DNA of 56,572 nt, taken from assembly GCA_002245135.1 (NCBI GenBank), contig NGBS01001195.1, forward strand, positions 1 through 56,572, read 5' to 3'. Below the pieces are notes generated by a model. It had not been told where the DNA came from and ran no database searches. It saw only the letters and a list, made by a program, of their open reading frames with translations. Source of the DNA: Proteromonas lacertae. Lineage: Eukaryota. Both the position numbers and the translations under genes were made by a program. Shown piece after piece: positions 40,404-54,459 of this stretch (its first letter is position 1; the number at the start of each line of letters is the position of its first letter).

Positions 40404-43400
40404 TTACATTCTCACCTTACCAGCATTCTTATTCTTAGATGAAGGAAGTGTGATCCTGTCGTTACTAGAAGGTAATATCACTCTTTCATTGAATGAAGGA
40501 AATGCCATTTGTGAATTTATCTTTGTCATTTCAAATTCATTGATATTATCTTTCTTCATTCCATTCATTTTCGTTCTTTTTACATTCTTACGATTTATTA
40601 TACAACATATTATTATGATTATGAATAGTATAAATGTCACACATCCTACAACTATCAATAAGAATAGATATAGTTTACTTTGATTTTCATTATCATTATC
40701 TTTTTCAGAAGATGAAGAATCATTCATATCTGATAAGATTTCGATTTCACAATTATATAAATCCGAATCTTTATCTACTCGATTCTTTATTTCATTTTCT
40801 AATTCTTTGTTATTATCAATCAAATAATCAATGGCTGTTAATGTTTCATTATATTCTGTTTCAACTGTTTTTATTATTACTTTCAAATTAAACTCTGATA
40901 ATATTCTCATTCTTCTTTTCATCATTTCAATCTCAATTTCATTTGTTAATATATTTATACCTTGTTGTTTCAATAATATTGTTATACATTCTTTGATTAT
41001 ATAAATACTATTATCACTTAAAGATGATATTTTGATGTAAAGATAGAAGTATAATTTAACTATTTCATTAGTTGGATTTACAGTTGTTATATCAATTTCG
41101 GTAGTTGTTGGTAAAATAGTTGGAGTTTCACCAGTTGGTTTTACTGTTGGTTTAAGAGTTGTTGGAGGTATATTTCCATCATATATTGTTATGTGAATAT
41201 CTATACTCTTCTTTTTATAAGTATAACAATCGATTTCTATATCTTTATCAAATTCACATTTGGCTTTTCCATTCATTATTCCATCTTTATCAATCTTTAT
41301 ACCACATGGTAAACCAATTGCATTTATATATTCACATTTCTTTTCTGATGGAGATATATTTATAAATTGGCCTAATTTTAATATAATTGAATAAGTAGGA
41401 TATTCAATTATTGGCTCAATTTTAGGTAATATTGAAAAGGAAAAGGAAGAATAATAATGATTTCCATCCAATAAATCTATTCGAATTGTATAATTTCGAT
41501 TTTCATCTATCACTTCACTCTTTCCATTTATTGAACCATCATTCTCATTTATCATCATTCCAGGAGGAAGTAATGGACTTATTGAATATTTGGCATTTAT
41601 TATATCTTTGTGAAATGTTTTACTTTTCAATGGAGATTTGATTGATATTAAGACATTTTCATAATAATGAGTTTCAATTGGATTGTATAGAATAGGATAT
41701 TCAGCATCATAGAAATATAAAGATTCTGGAATTTCTTTTTCAAATGAACCTTTTTGAGTATAATACACTTTTAATAATTTCGTTTTATCAACATTTCCTT
41801 TCACATATACTATCTCTATTTCATAATCACCTTCTAATAATCCAATCTCATTAGTTTCTTTGTGATAACCATATCCAATACATTCGATTGTAGTTTCTAA
41901 TAATCTCAATTTACAATAATCATAACATTCTAATGAAATAATCACATTTCCAATCATCGAAGAATCAATATGAATATATCCTATATATTCACTTAAAAAT
42001 GAATAATTCAATTCTTCTGGTAAATCAGTCCATAATTCATCATTTTTATCATGATAGATATTCTCTTCTATTCTCTCTAATCGGAAATGTTTATTATCTT
42101 CAACTGATGATATATTAATTGCATTATCTAAATCAACTGAATCTAAATAATAATATTTCACTTTTAGTCCATTTTCATGATTTGAATAGGATTTATCAAA
42201 ACAATGAAGTTGAAATTCTGTTGATGTTTGACATAAATCTATATCATTCATTGATTTTATTACAACTATTTCATAATCATTTGAACAATTGGATATTATT
42301 CCTTCGATTGTTCCATCTGGTCTTATTGATAATCCATCGATATTTGGTGTTATTTCCCATTCAGATACTATTCCTTTATAACTTGGTTTTAGTATAATAT
42401 TTTCATTCTTATTTGATTGAACAAGTAATGTATTATATGATAAATGAGAGATAAGAAATCCACCACTAAATATATAATAATCTAATTGAGTATCATAATA
42501 ACTATCAGGTAAATTTACATTTACATAAAAATCATTCTCACCCTGTTTATATAATACTAAAAAACCAATTACATAATATCCCTTCTTTAGGTCAACAGAA
42601 TATCCTGCTTCATATTCAAAATTACCTAATGCAATCTTCATATTACTATTATATGACCTAAATCTATATTCTCCATCTCCATCTGCTCTAAAGTATCCTC
42701 TCATTCTTGCTATTCCATTCTGACAAGGATTCCACCAATCATTATAGCAATAGGAATATGAAGATGATATTGAAACACTACTAGATGTAATTCTTTTCTT
42801 TTCTTGAATTTTATATGTTCCATTTTCAAACTTACTCCAAATGTCTTTGAACTTCTTATCATAAAATGTATAATAATTATCTATTCCATCTTGACCAGAT
42901 TCTGCAAAATTTACAAATTCTAACCCATTTGTCATTTCTTTCACTTTCTTATACCATTTCAATTCTATCTCATATTTCTTATCTATTATGTATGTTATTT
43001 TTGTTGTATAATTTTCTTTTTCTTGTTTATCATTTATCATTCCATATATTCGACCATTCTTATCAACATTCAATCCATTTGGTATATCTTTTACTGATAT
43101 ATAAGATGGTTTATAATTACATATCAATTCTAAATCGATTTCAATTGGATAGATTCGAATATAATCAATTCCATAACTACATTTACCTACATCTCTTATT
43201 ACACTCACAAATATATCATATTTTGTTAAATTTGTTAATTTAACTGTATATTTCTCTACTATTTCTATACTACTATTTACTGTAACTATTTTACCATTAA
43301 TTGTTACTGATTCTGATTCTGGTGAAATTGAAGATATTTCTTTATCAAATTCAAATGTTTTTATTACACCCTGGATAGATTGATAGATAAAGATTTTCGT

Positions 43401-45180
43401 GAGTACATTCTGATTTATCAATATAATCTGACCAAATAGCAGTTTGATTTTCCTTATTATAAAAACATTCCTCTTTTCATAATTCCTAAATCACATTCTA
43501 ATATTGATGTTCCACCACCATATACTGATGGAAATCCAGATAAATCTTTCTCACAAACAGGTAATGGTTCAACATTTACTACAAACAATTTGAATCGAAT
43601 ATATACTCCCCAACCTTCTAAATATTTACGAATTTTTACCACTTCCATTTTATAAACTTCATACGATTTTTCAACAGGTAATGAATATGATGATATACTT
43701 TCACAGTTTGCTGTATTTAATCCTAAATCTTCATTTTCATACAATAATTCCCAATTTGGATTATCACTATCTGTTGATCCATATATTCGAATATGTTTTG
43801 GATGAGTATCAGGATCATTTGCACAACCACTTATACTAAACTGATTGAAATAATATGCTTTATTGTTTTTGAATGTATAAGTGATATTAAATGGAAACCA
43901 ATCAGATTCGATATGACTCTCAGTAAAAGAAGCTAAATGATATTCAATATAATCACTGTCAACTGAGAATATAGTATCTACATTCATAATATCAATCACC
44001 TCTTTTCCAGAAGCAGATTTATAAGTTTGTGAAATTGTATCAACTGTGGATATTTGAATTGGTGTAGATGTAATTGGATTACTTAATGATATTTTACAAG
44101 ATAATGAATCAACTTGATTGGATGGATTGGATAAAGATGAATGAATTTCTATTCCAATGTAGTTTATACCTTCTTGTATAGCTGTCAAAGGAATTATTAT
44201 TTCTTCATTTCTTCTTTCATTCTTTATCGCTGTTGTTGTTGAATCGATTTCACCTACTGGAAGATTTCTTCGATATATCTCTTTTCCATTTATGAAAATG
44301 ATTATTCCATCTTCAAATGTTAGTTGAAGTACTGGAAGTCCAGTTTGTTTTATATCATTAATGTTAAAGCTGTTTCGATAATATCTTGTTGTTACTGATT
44401 TTGGAGGAAATGAATTACTTTCTATCCAATTCTCTTTATCTCGAAAATCTGCCATCCAAAATTCATATGTTGGTTTTACATCACTATATGCCCAAATACT
44501 TTGGATTATATTGTTTTGAAGATTTCGAAGTTTATTATTTATCATTTCATTTTCAGATGAGTAGTTATACTTTTCTACATCTTTACTCTTTGATTTACCA
44601 TTTATCTTAAACTTCAATTTCATCTTATATTCACTCACTTTATTGACACAGATCACATTTACATCAAACATCGATTTTTGAGGATTTAATAATACAATTG
44701 AACCATCTTCATTCATTTTCACAAATTTAGGTAATTCTTTATCAGTATAACATCGCTCTATTTCTGTATTACATCGCGGAGGAGATAATGACGATGTGAT
44801 ATTCTCTGGAAATACTATAAACTCACAACTTGTGCCATAACTACATTTCTCAAATCTTTCATATACACCCAATTTAAATTCTATTTTCTCAAACACTTCA
44901 CCATTCACATGAGATTTCATTATTATGGTCTCCGCTTTGAAAGTAGATTTTGTAAATCCAGCAATTCTACAGTCTTTCTTCAAATATAATCCATCTGGTA
45001 ATATATTATCAACTGAACATCCTTCACTGTACTTAAATGGAGAACAAACTTCGATTTCACTTCCAACTAACAAATTTACTTCTTCACTCAACTTCATACA
45101 TGGATAACATAACACTATATATTATAATACCACATAAATTTTATACCTTCATTGATTAACAAAAGTAACAGTAACAACAT
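40404..45180 (-). CDS. Type I membrane surface protein: putative Ig repeats, jelly-roll/discoidin-like domains, two PA14-like domains, Thr/Pro stalk and TM (two apparent +1 frameshifts at about 43370-43471)
   Basis: Signal exon MLLLLLLLINE; DGIIIFINGKEIYRRNL..GINYIGIEIH; NGLKVKYY..YIGYI..GDYEIEIVY (PA14-like); SISPLLPPGMMINENDGSING; TM LYLFLLIVVGCVTFILFIIIIICCII. Confidence 0.75.
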
Positions 45181-45252
45181 TTCAAATTTTGTATTTTTAT
45201 GTATTTGTGTATTATCACTCAGAATGTCTTTCAAAAATATCAAATGAAATAA

Positions 45253-48200
45253 TTAATGCTTATTACTAATTATACATCTGAATAGTTCAGCATACTTTTC
45301 TACAACGTTACAGCATGAATCAACAGACACAGTTTCAAAGAGATCCTAGATTGTTAGATATTGCTTAAATTATACATACTTTTTCAAAATCCAGGCATTT
45401 TGATTGATCAAATCCAACTAATAATTGTTTGATGAAATATTCTTCTAAAAATGGTTTTACTTCATCTTTAAAACCTCTTATCAAATAAAATAAAATTGAA
45501 GATAGGCTTTTGTTGTATAATAAATATCTGATTGGAATTGAAGTAAATTCAATTAACTATATATACATAATAATATAAATAAATATACAAACTGCTTCAT
45601 TAATTCAATAGAATATTTCTGAATGACAACTACACAATCACTTCTATTTTGAAAAACAAATAAATTATTCCAAAACAAATGAATGTTTTGATAAGCATAT
45701 GATTCTTCAAATATTAGTAAAGAAATATTATAATTTATAATAGTTTCAAAAATAGGAGTTTTAATGAAACTAGTCTCCTTAATAGATAACACAGTAGATA
45801 TTAGATTGAAATAATCATCAATTATATCAGGATTATCAATACACAAATCCATTGTATTAAATGTATTAATTGTCTTTTGTGTAATTGGCGTTAATAAATC
45901 AATATAACTTTCAAATTTTGATTTATAACTCCTAATTATAGTTGTTAGAAGTTGTAAAAGTCCACTTGATGGGTAAATATTATAATATTCCTCAATTATT
46001 TTACATAAATGAGGAATATGGATTAAAAATGAATCTAATGTTGTTTTGATAAATGAAATAATTAATTGTGAATATTTATCGATAATACATTGATTTCCTT
46101 TAGAGATAGTAAGGACTTTATCTAATGTTGGTGATAATAAGTTATAGAATTCAATATATGGATTTGAAGTGACTAAAAATTGAGGTGGAATAGTATAAGA
46201 TACAGTAATTTTCTATTTATATAGAAATTATAAAACAAATATACTGAAATTCTTACGAAATATTCTGATATCAAAAATATATCATTTGGATTCTCTTCTA
46301 TCAGTTTATTCAAGTCATTTAAAGTAGATAAAAGTATATTCTGTAACATTTTAATTCCATCAGTAGGAGTCATAGTTGACATTAATTCACATATTCCTGT
46401 TATTAACAACTTTTGTTCAGCAACACCCATATTATTGAAAAATGAATAAAGTGATAAAATATCATCTATAAGAATTATATATAAAGACATTTTTATATAT
46501 ATTCATACTAACAAATGGTGTTTTTGCTATACTCTTTGATGAATTAACTAATAGAAGTTGTAAAGTTGAAATACAACATTTTGTCACCTATTATTGATGT
46601 ATATAAATAATAATACCATTTGATTTGATTTTAGTATTGTTAAGACATAAGAAACAAGTGTAGTAAAGGTATTAAAATCTCTTTCTATATACCATGAATA
46701 ATAACCAATAAAACTGATCGTTTCATGAAACAGAGTAATTGGGCTGTTAAATGATTGAAGATTTGTTATGATTTGATCTAATAATGGAATTGAAAGGTTA
46801 TTCTTGCCAAAAAAGTCTTTAAAAAGTGGAAAAGTGAATTTTAAACTGTAACAAAATGCTTCTAGTACATACCAGCTTCCACATTCAGTATACTATTATA
46901 TAAGAGATAAATAATCAACTATACATTCTTAACTCCATTATTATACATATTTTCTAAGGTGATAATACAATCTTGATATTGTAAAAGTAAAGATATGGAT
47001 GTTAAGACACTCTATGTTCATTACATTATATTAATTCATACAGATAAATCTTTTCGGTATATATTCCATTCTCTTATTTCTTCTTTTGTCATATCTGTAT
47101 AAGACTAATAAAACAATAAAATAATAAATATACTGTTGGAAAGATAATCCTTGTTAAAACATTTTGCAGTAGTGATATAAAAATCGATTTATATTTTTCG
47201 ACATGAATTATCTTAGTTTGTAGTTTTTTGATTTTACTCATATTCAAACAGAATCCTTTCCAATATAATAAAGGTAATCTGTTCAATTCTTCATCTTCAT
47301 CTTCGGATAATAATATCAATAACTAATATACAATAATCTAAAATATAACATACTTCTAATAATGGAGTATAATTTGAATTCACATCCAATATATACTTTT
47401 CTGTTGATTCTGCAATTTCGATAAACAATTTTCCTAAACCCTTTTCTATATATATATATTCATAATATAATATTTATATACTTATCTCATTATCAGTAGA
47501 ATTAATATAGAATGATTTCAGATTAATAACTTGATGATATATTTCGGCAATCACTTCATTCTTCTGTTTGGTACTATATTTCTTTATTAGACTTGTTATT
47601 AATTCAACTGCATTTTCAAATACATCATTATTATTCAAACATTAAATATTAAAATTAAAAAAAACATAAACATGTTTGTTAAAAAAAATGTTATACAAAA
47701 AAAAGATATATTGAAAATAAATAACAATAATTGAGATTGTTGAAATATTATTGCACTTATACAATCACAATCAACCCACACTTTTATACATTTAATCATA
47801 TTATTAATTAGTTGAATATCTGAGGTAGTTTGCAGTTGTGATATTAATTGCAATACTTTTGAACCATTCTTCTTTACTGTTGTTAAAAACACTTCATATT
47901 GATCTTCATTAACATTTATCTAAATTCATAATAATTAAATGTTTAGATATTCTTTATATACATTAATTTTATCATAATAAACAGTGGATGGAAAAGCTCC
48001 AAGCAATTCAAACAAAAGATTTAGATTATTTTGAAATCTTGTAAATAATGGAACTATCGGATCATAATTCTTTGGTATTTGCACTGATAATACTGAATAA
48101 GCTAGTGTCAATTCACTTCTACAATTGGATGGACCTAAGTATGAAATAATGTGACAAAATATACCATTAGCAAATTTTACTATACCATTTAATATAAATT

Positions 48201-48480
48201 CAGCTATAGTATTAATAGACTCTGCTGGCACATCCAAAAAACTTGTTTCTAACTTTCTCAACAAAGTCTTTGAGCCAATAAAAGCATATTCCATTTCTGG
48301 ACATTGTATAAGTTGCATTGATATATCCCATGCTTCTTTTGATTGTTGGAACAACAGAATTTGTTTATTAGCTTGTTGTAATACTTCATTATTGGGTGGA
48401 AGCATATAGTAACTATTCATATTTTATTTAAAATGCAATACAGAAATTATTTTCTTCAAAGAATCGAAAGTAAAAGACAT
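45253..48480 (-). CDS. Importin-beta family karyopherin, transportin-SR/importin-13 (Mtr10-like); many introns, start uncertain
   Basis: QQANKQILLFQQSKEAWDI..FIGSKTLLRK; IKCIKVW; GLGKLFIEIAES; AWYVLEA; DNPDIIDDYF. Confidence 0.8.
47642..47709 (-). other. Probable U12-type intron, AT-AA, 68 nt
   Basis: Donor ATATCTTTTT; T-rich TTTTTTAAT/TTTTTTAAC branch-like elements. Removal gives LLFIFN-CLNNNDVFENAVELI. A longer GT-AG alternative also keeps frame. Confidence 0.62.
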
Positions 48481-48867
48481 TTTAATGAATTATGAAACGA
48501 ATATATTTTCAATTATATTAAAAATTATGTATTTATGTATTTAATTCTTTTGATGGTGTGTGAAATTATTATTTTTATCATACACAATATTTTACTGTGT
48601 TTAAATAATTCATTTTCATTTTTTTAAAATTTCGTGAAACGTTTTTTATAAAAATTGAAGTAACGACTATATTTACAATAATTAAAAATCTCAATAAACA
48701 CTAATCATACATCTACTGTAATGTGCAAATCAAATAAACAATAACACCTTCTGCACAAAAAATATGATAGCTAGAAGGATTGCATCTTATTCATCTCAAA
48801 AAATGGACTTTAAACTGTAACTGCCAAACCCAAAATTTTTAGATTTAATTAATAATTCCTCATAGAT

Positions 48868-51817
48868 ATGGAGTCTCTCTTCTCTATTGAGCGTATTCAT
48901 TCCATTTTATTATTTTTTTAGTATCTAGCTTTGAAATTAACAATGAATCTTCAACAAAACTTAAAAGTTTCTACACTATCACCTCATTCCCAGGATATGA
49001 TCCAGTCAAATCCAAGGTAACTTCCATGACTGACAAGAACCACCAAGCTATCAATGAAGCAGTTGCTGAAGACGTTCAAAAATTCAAACATGTGTGTGTA
49101 AACAAAGATTCTTTATCATATGATAATTTAAGAATCGAAGTATATACTACTAAAGTTAGTGCTGATAATCGTCCAACATTTCTTGGTGATTTGAGTATTA
49201 GCCTTATTCAGCTTGTTCTTGGACCAAAAGACCACATCTGTGTATTAGATCACTCTCCAATTCAACCAATTACCTTCAAATTCCACTGTGAAAGCATTCA
49301 AGAAACTGACATGTCTTTCACAATTGAAAAGATTGTCTTAAAGAATGTACAAGAACAAACAGTGAAAGTTACATGTGATGCATTATTATCTAAACCACAC
49401 AAGACAACCCAAGACACTGCCAATAGTGATAAGACAAATACAATCATCTGTAACAAGTTCCAAGAGTTAAAACAACCAGTTAGTATATTGCAATTAAATC
49501 AAACATTGTTTAATATTGTTGTAACTACTGCACCAACTGGATTATTAAACAAAACTCAAGAATTAGGAAGATGTGAAATAACATTAGATCAAATCTATCA
49601 AGCTGTTAATGAATTTGATTCTGTATTCTCAGGCACTTTGATTGGTTTAAGAGAATATGAATATGAGTTAACTGCAAAAGTTGTTAATGCTCCAAGCTTA
49701 ATTCAAGCTGCTAGTGGTGTTCATGAGTATAAAAATAATATTCATGATTTTAATAACATGGAGAAATTTAATATTTCTGAAGATGCTTATGATTATCAAA
49801 AATCTGAATTAGATTTGGTTGGTCCAAGCTGTACAATTCCATATTGTGATTATCCAACTATTGATCTAATGAAAGTCAATATTAAAAGTATAAATGTTTT
49901 TATTTTTATTATAATTATAGTTGATGATTTGAAATTGAAGTTACCAAAAACTGTTAAACCCGTCAGTCCAATGTTAAATGTGTATATATTCAGTAATAAG
50001 AACGTTTCAAAGAAATTACAACAAAGCAAGACACCTGGTGAATATACTTGTGGAAATATGGAATTATCTCTTCAAACAAATATGCCATACTTATTCCCCA
50101 GTCAATATATTGCATATGAATATAAAGAGAATGGTAAGTTAGTATCTTATTATTATATTAATTTACATAACTTATTATCAGGTGCAACAAATTATGAATT
50201 TACAATGAATAATATCGATAATAATAACAACAATATCATTAATTTACAATTTAACACTACTACTGAAATAAAGAAGACTATTTATTGTGAATTTAGTAAT
50301 TTGGTTGTAACTGGTATTAAAGATAGAAGAAAATTAGGAAATATGACTGTCGCGTATTATATTTATTATTATTATATATATATATAGAATATCTTTAAAT
50401 CATCAAAACACCACAATTGCTAAGAAATTCTCCTTCGGATAATGACAATGTATTGACATTCAGTGACAAAGTGGTTATTCCATTCGAATACAATCCATCT
50501 GATCCAAAATTAAAAGATGCTTTATTCTCTGTTAAAATATTTGAAGGTAAGAATATGATTGCTAAAAACAAGTTCTTCTTTATGAGTGTTGTTCCATTAG
50601 ATGCAGTACATGACAAGACTGTTACATTCACATCCAGCAATAAGAATATAGCAGATCAATATCAATTAGATTGTAGAATCAAATACTATAGTAATATTGA
50701 TTCTAAGGGATTATATTTAGATTATAATCAACATAAAGACTGGACATACAATAATGATGTGATTGATTATCCAAAAGAATATATCTGTATTCCTAATGAA
50801 CAATATTGTTATTGTAAAGGTAATGATGATTTAAGCAAATCTGAAAAACCAACAGCTACTGGAAAATTCACTGTATTATGGTCAAATAAGAAGATTGAAA
50901 AAGATATAAGATTAAGAGTAGGTCCAGCAAAAGTTCAAATACTAGAATCTGAAACTAATAACATTATCTATGATGTAGTATATAAAGGTACTAAAACAAG
51001 ATACAATATATTCACCATACAAATCGCTTCACCAGTTATCAATTTGGTTTGTACAGGTAATGACTGCAGAATCTTATCAAAATCAATTGAATATAATAGC
51101 AAAGTATCTTCAGGAGGAAGAAAAGATACAATTCGTAAATCAGCAAGTATTCCATTAAGTATGATTGATACATTATTACAAAACCGAATGAATGAAGTAT
51201 TAGAAGGAAGTACATTACAGCCAATAGCTGAAGAGAAAGTAGGTGAAAAGACCTTCTTTTTAGTATGTAATAGAAAGAGCGAAGTTCGTTTTATCAATGT
51301 TACTTGTCCTTGTGGAAAACATCCTTATGATTTCGAATTAACCAGTGTCTGTCATATTCAATGTAAAGATTGTGAAACTATGAATGAATTAACATGGTTA
51401 AACCCTGAACAAACACCTGATAAATGTAAATATCAATGTAGTAGTTGTGGTAAAGACTTAGAATATAATGACGAGAGTATAAAACAATGTTATGAATGTG
51501 AATGTGGTAATTTATTCTCTGCTATTTGTCCAAATTGTAATGAAGTTCATGATTCTCATGATTTATACTTTAAAGTGAAATGTACTAAGTGTAATGTTGA
51601 GAATATTGCTTCTCAAGAAGGTTGTACTTGTCAGAATTGTTCTGAATTATTACCATCGATATTTCCTGAAGGAGAAGGTGAAGGAGAAGAAGCAGTTGAA
51701 CCACAGTATGATGAAGAAGGAAATATTATTGAAGGAGATTACAATGAAGAGGACTATAACCCTTCAGATTATGATGAAGATGGTAATTATATTGGTACTG
51801 ATGAACCATCTGAGTAA
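48868..51817 (+). CDS. Multi-C2-like domain protein with a PH-like segment, CxxC Zn-ribbon array and acidic tail
   Basis: LRIEVY..FLGDLSISL and ELGRCEITL are C2-type strands; about 10 CxC/CxxC pairs near the C-terminus. Introns near 48893, 49888-49920 and 50354-50387. Confidence 0.55.
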
Positions 51818-52060
51818 AGTATATAAATGCATTATTGATTGGATATTATATAAATTGATATGAATTTGAATGTGTGTTTTGGGTATTTAAACCTATTTTT
51901 TCAAAATAGATTTTAAATTTTTTAATTTCTTTTTCTCTCTTCCAATTTAATTAATTGTTATTGTTTAATACGTCTATTTATAAAATATTGCTTATAAGTT
52001 TAAGATTATACCCTTAAAAACACACTTGGTACAGATTTTCAAAATTAATTTGTCATTGAT

Positions 52061-54337
52061 ATGAAACAAAGTTTAGATTATGTATATCTTTATATAATGT
52101 GTCTATTTATAATAGAATTTAGTTTTGTTAGACATAAGTGAAAATCAAGTTGTTTATGATATGAAGGATTCTTGCACGCCATCACATATATTAAAAATTA
52201 TTTCCATTAAAAACACAAAGAGAGAGAATATTTCGAAATTTGTATATTTATTCAAATATCTTGAATTAGTCTTCAATAATATCTTCAATATCCTCTAAAC
52301 ATGTATTGCCTGTTAAAGGAATGTACATTATATCAGATTCAATTACACTTCGAACAAAATATTGTGAAAATGGCTCAATAGAAGAATTATTTCAATCTGT
52401 TTTGTGTAATGATATATACGATTGTGTATTATTATATTTATCTCAGATATGTGGAGAAGTAAGAAAATTTCATGAATTGAATATACCAATCATTAATATA
52501 AAACCTTCAAATGTTGTGTATGATAGTGATTTTAATTTATATTTGTGTGATTATTGCCAATATTTACTATATTCAGATATAAGACAGATTCCTCTATCCA
52601 AAATTCGCTTTTTTTCTCCTGAAGTATTAGTTGGAAAAGAAATGAATATAAAAAGTGACATTTGGAGTTTCGGAATTTTATTTTATTACTTTGTACATCC
52701 ACATCACGAAATATTAATAACTAAAAGATCAATAATGGAAATATATAGAGAAATGATTAGTTTAACAAAACAGAAAGAGTTTAAATATTTAGATGAAGAA
52801 AGAAACAAATTTCTATGTAATTGTCTTTGTAGAAATGCAGGTGAGAGATATACAATAACTGATATAATCAATAATATATATAATGAGAATAGAAATAGTA
52901 AAACAGTAGATTCAACAATGGATAGTGAATCATTTATTTCATTTTTAAATGATCGAAATAATATAGATATAGTGACTAATCAACTTCAAAATATTTATAA
53001 AGTGAATGAGAAAAGATTTAACTCATTATTTGAAAGTTTAATTGATTGTTATAACAATAATAATAATCCATTTTCTATTTTAATATTAATTATTAATCTG
53101 TGCTTGTGGAGACCATCGCTAAGTTTTATAGTAATCAACAAAATACCTGAAGATGTTGTGTTCATGACTCCATTGATACTTTTGCATGATATAAAAGAAT
53201 TATATACATTGAAAATTGATAGTATATATATATATATATTTAATAATTGTTTTATTTTTTTCTTCATTTAGATTATCCTATGGGAATTAGATATGATGAG
53301 ATAAGTGAGTGTTTAACATATCTGTCAAATTTAGATTCAATAATACTACATAGTTGTTTCAGTTCAAATTCATTAGCATGTTATAGAGGATTTTGCTTGG
53401 TATATAATGTGAATCATTTAGTTCATTTGATTTTATCAAGTATACTTTTATATAATTATTATTTAATTATGTGAATGAATAGATTGTTATCTTAGTGATA
53501 ATGATATAAAACTAATCGATATAGTGGCAAAGAGAAATCCACACCTAATAGAATTAGATTTGCAATATAATAGTTTAGGAAAGAAAGGAGCTGAATATTT
53601 ATCAATATTATTAAAACATACACCAAAACTAGAAATACTAAATTTGAATTTTAATAATATATTAAATGATGGATTATGGATGATTAGTAAAAGTTTGAAA
53701 TATGTGAGTAATTTGAAATGTTTAGAATTAGAGTTAAACTCTTTATATTCGAAAGGATTAGAATGTTTGTGCAGTAATTTATGTTATATTACTAATTTAA
53801 GAAAGTTGAATTTATCAGAAAATTCACTTTATTGTGAAGGAATAGAAATATTGAGCATGAATTTAACATCAATTCCTCGATTATATTCACTTAATTTATC
53901 ATGTATAACATATATCATATAATATTATAATGTTATTCTAATGTATAGATACTTATATGCAAAGTAAAGGAATGAAGATATTATCAAATTATTTAAGTGT
54001 TTTGACAAATTTGAGTGAATTACAATTATATAGAGATTATCTATACAGTGATGGATTGAGAAGTTTGTGTAAATGTTTTAAATATATCACAAACTTGATT
54101 AATCTGAATCTTAGCTGTATTTATATAAGAGTGTAAATTATATTGAATAGATAATGGACTTTCGTTGAATGATCTTAGTATTTTGAAAATGTATATTGCA
54201 AATTTGAAATTATTGAAAGTTTTAGACATTTCCAGTATTAAAATTAACTCTTCAATATAATAGATAATGGTATAGAAAAGATAGGAACAAAATTTACTGA
54301 TTTCAAGACAGTTTATTTTGGTAATATAATACTGTAA
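52061..54337 (+). CDS. Protein kinase-like (probable pseudokinase) + ribonuclease-inhibitor-type LRR protein
   Basis: TKYCENGS, IINIKPSN (no catalytic Asp), DYC in place of DFG, SPE, KSDIWSFG; 28-aa LRRs LxxLxLxxNxL...G...L. Confidence 0.8.
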
Positions 54338-54459
54338 ATAAACAAAAGTGTTTAATATTAATAATCTTATCGTTCTGTTGTATTTTTATCTAAAATAATA
54401 TTAAAAAAAAACAATTTCATTAAACAATAATAATAATTAACGATAATAATATCCAATCA

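Noticed and set aside
47673..47680. TGTTTGTT motif (signal for polyadenylation-created stop codons in some Blastocystis)
   Set aside because: It lies on the opposite strand inside an intron, and all reconstructed genes end in encoded stop codons.
52082..52115. ATATCTTT just inside a kinase intron as another U12 donor
   Set aside because: A canonical GT-AG splice two bases upstream already restores the frame.
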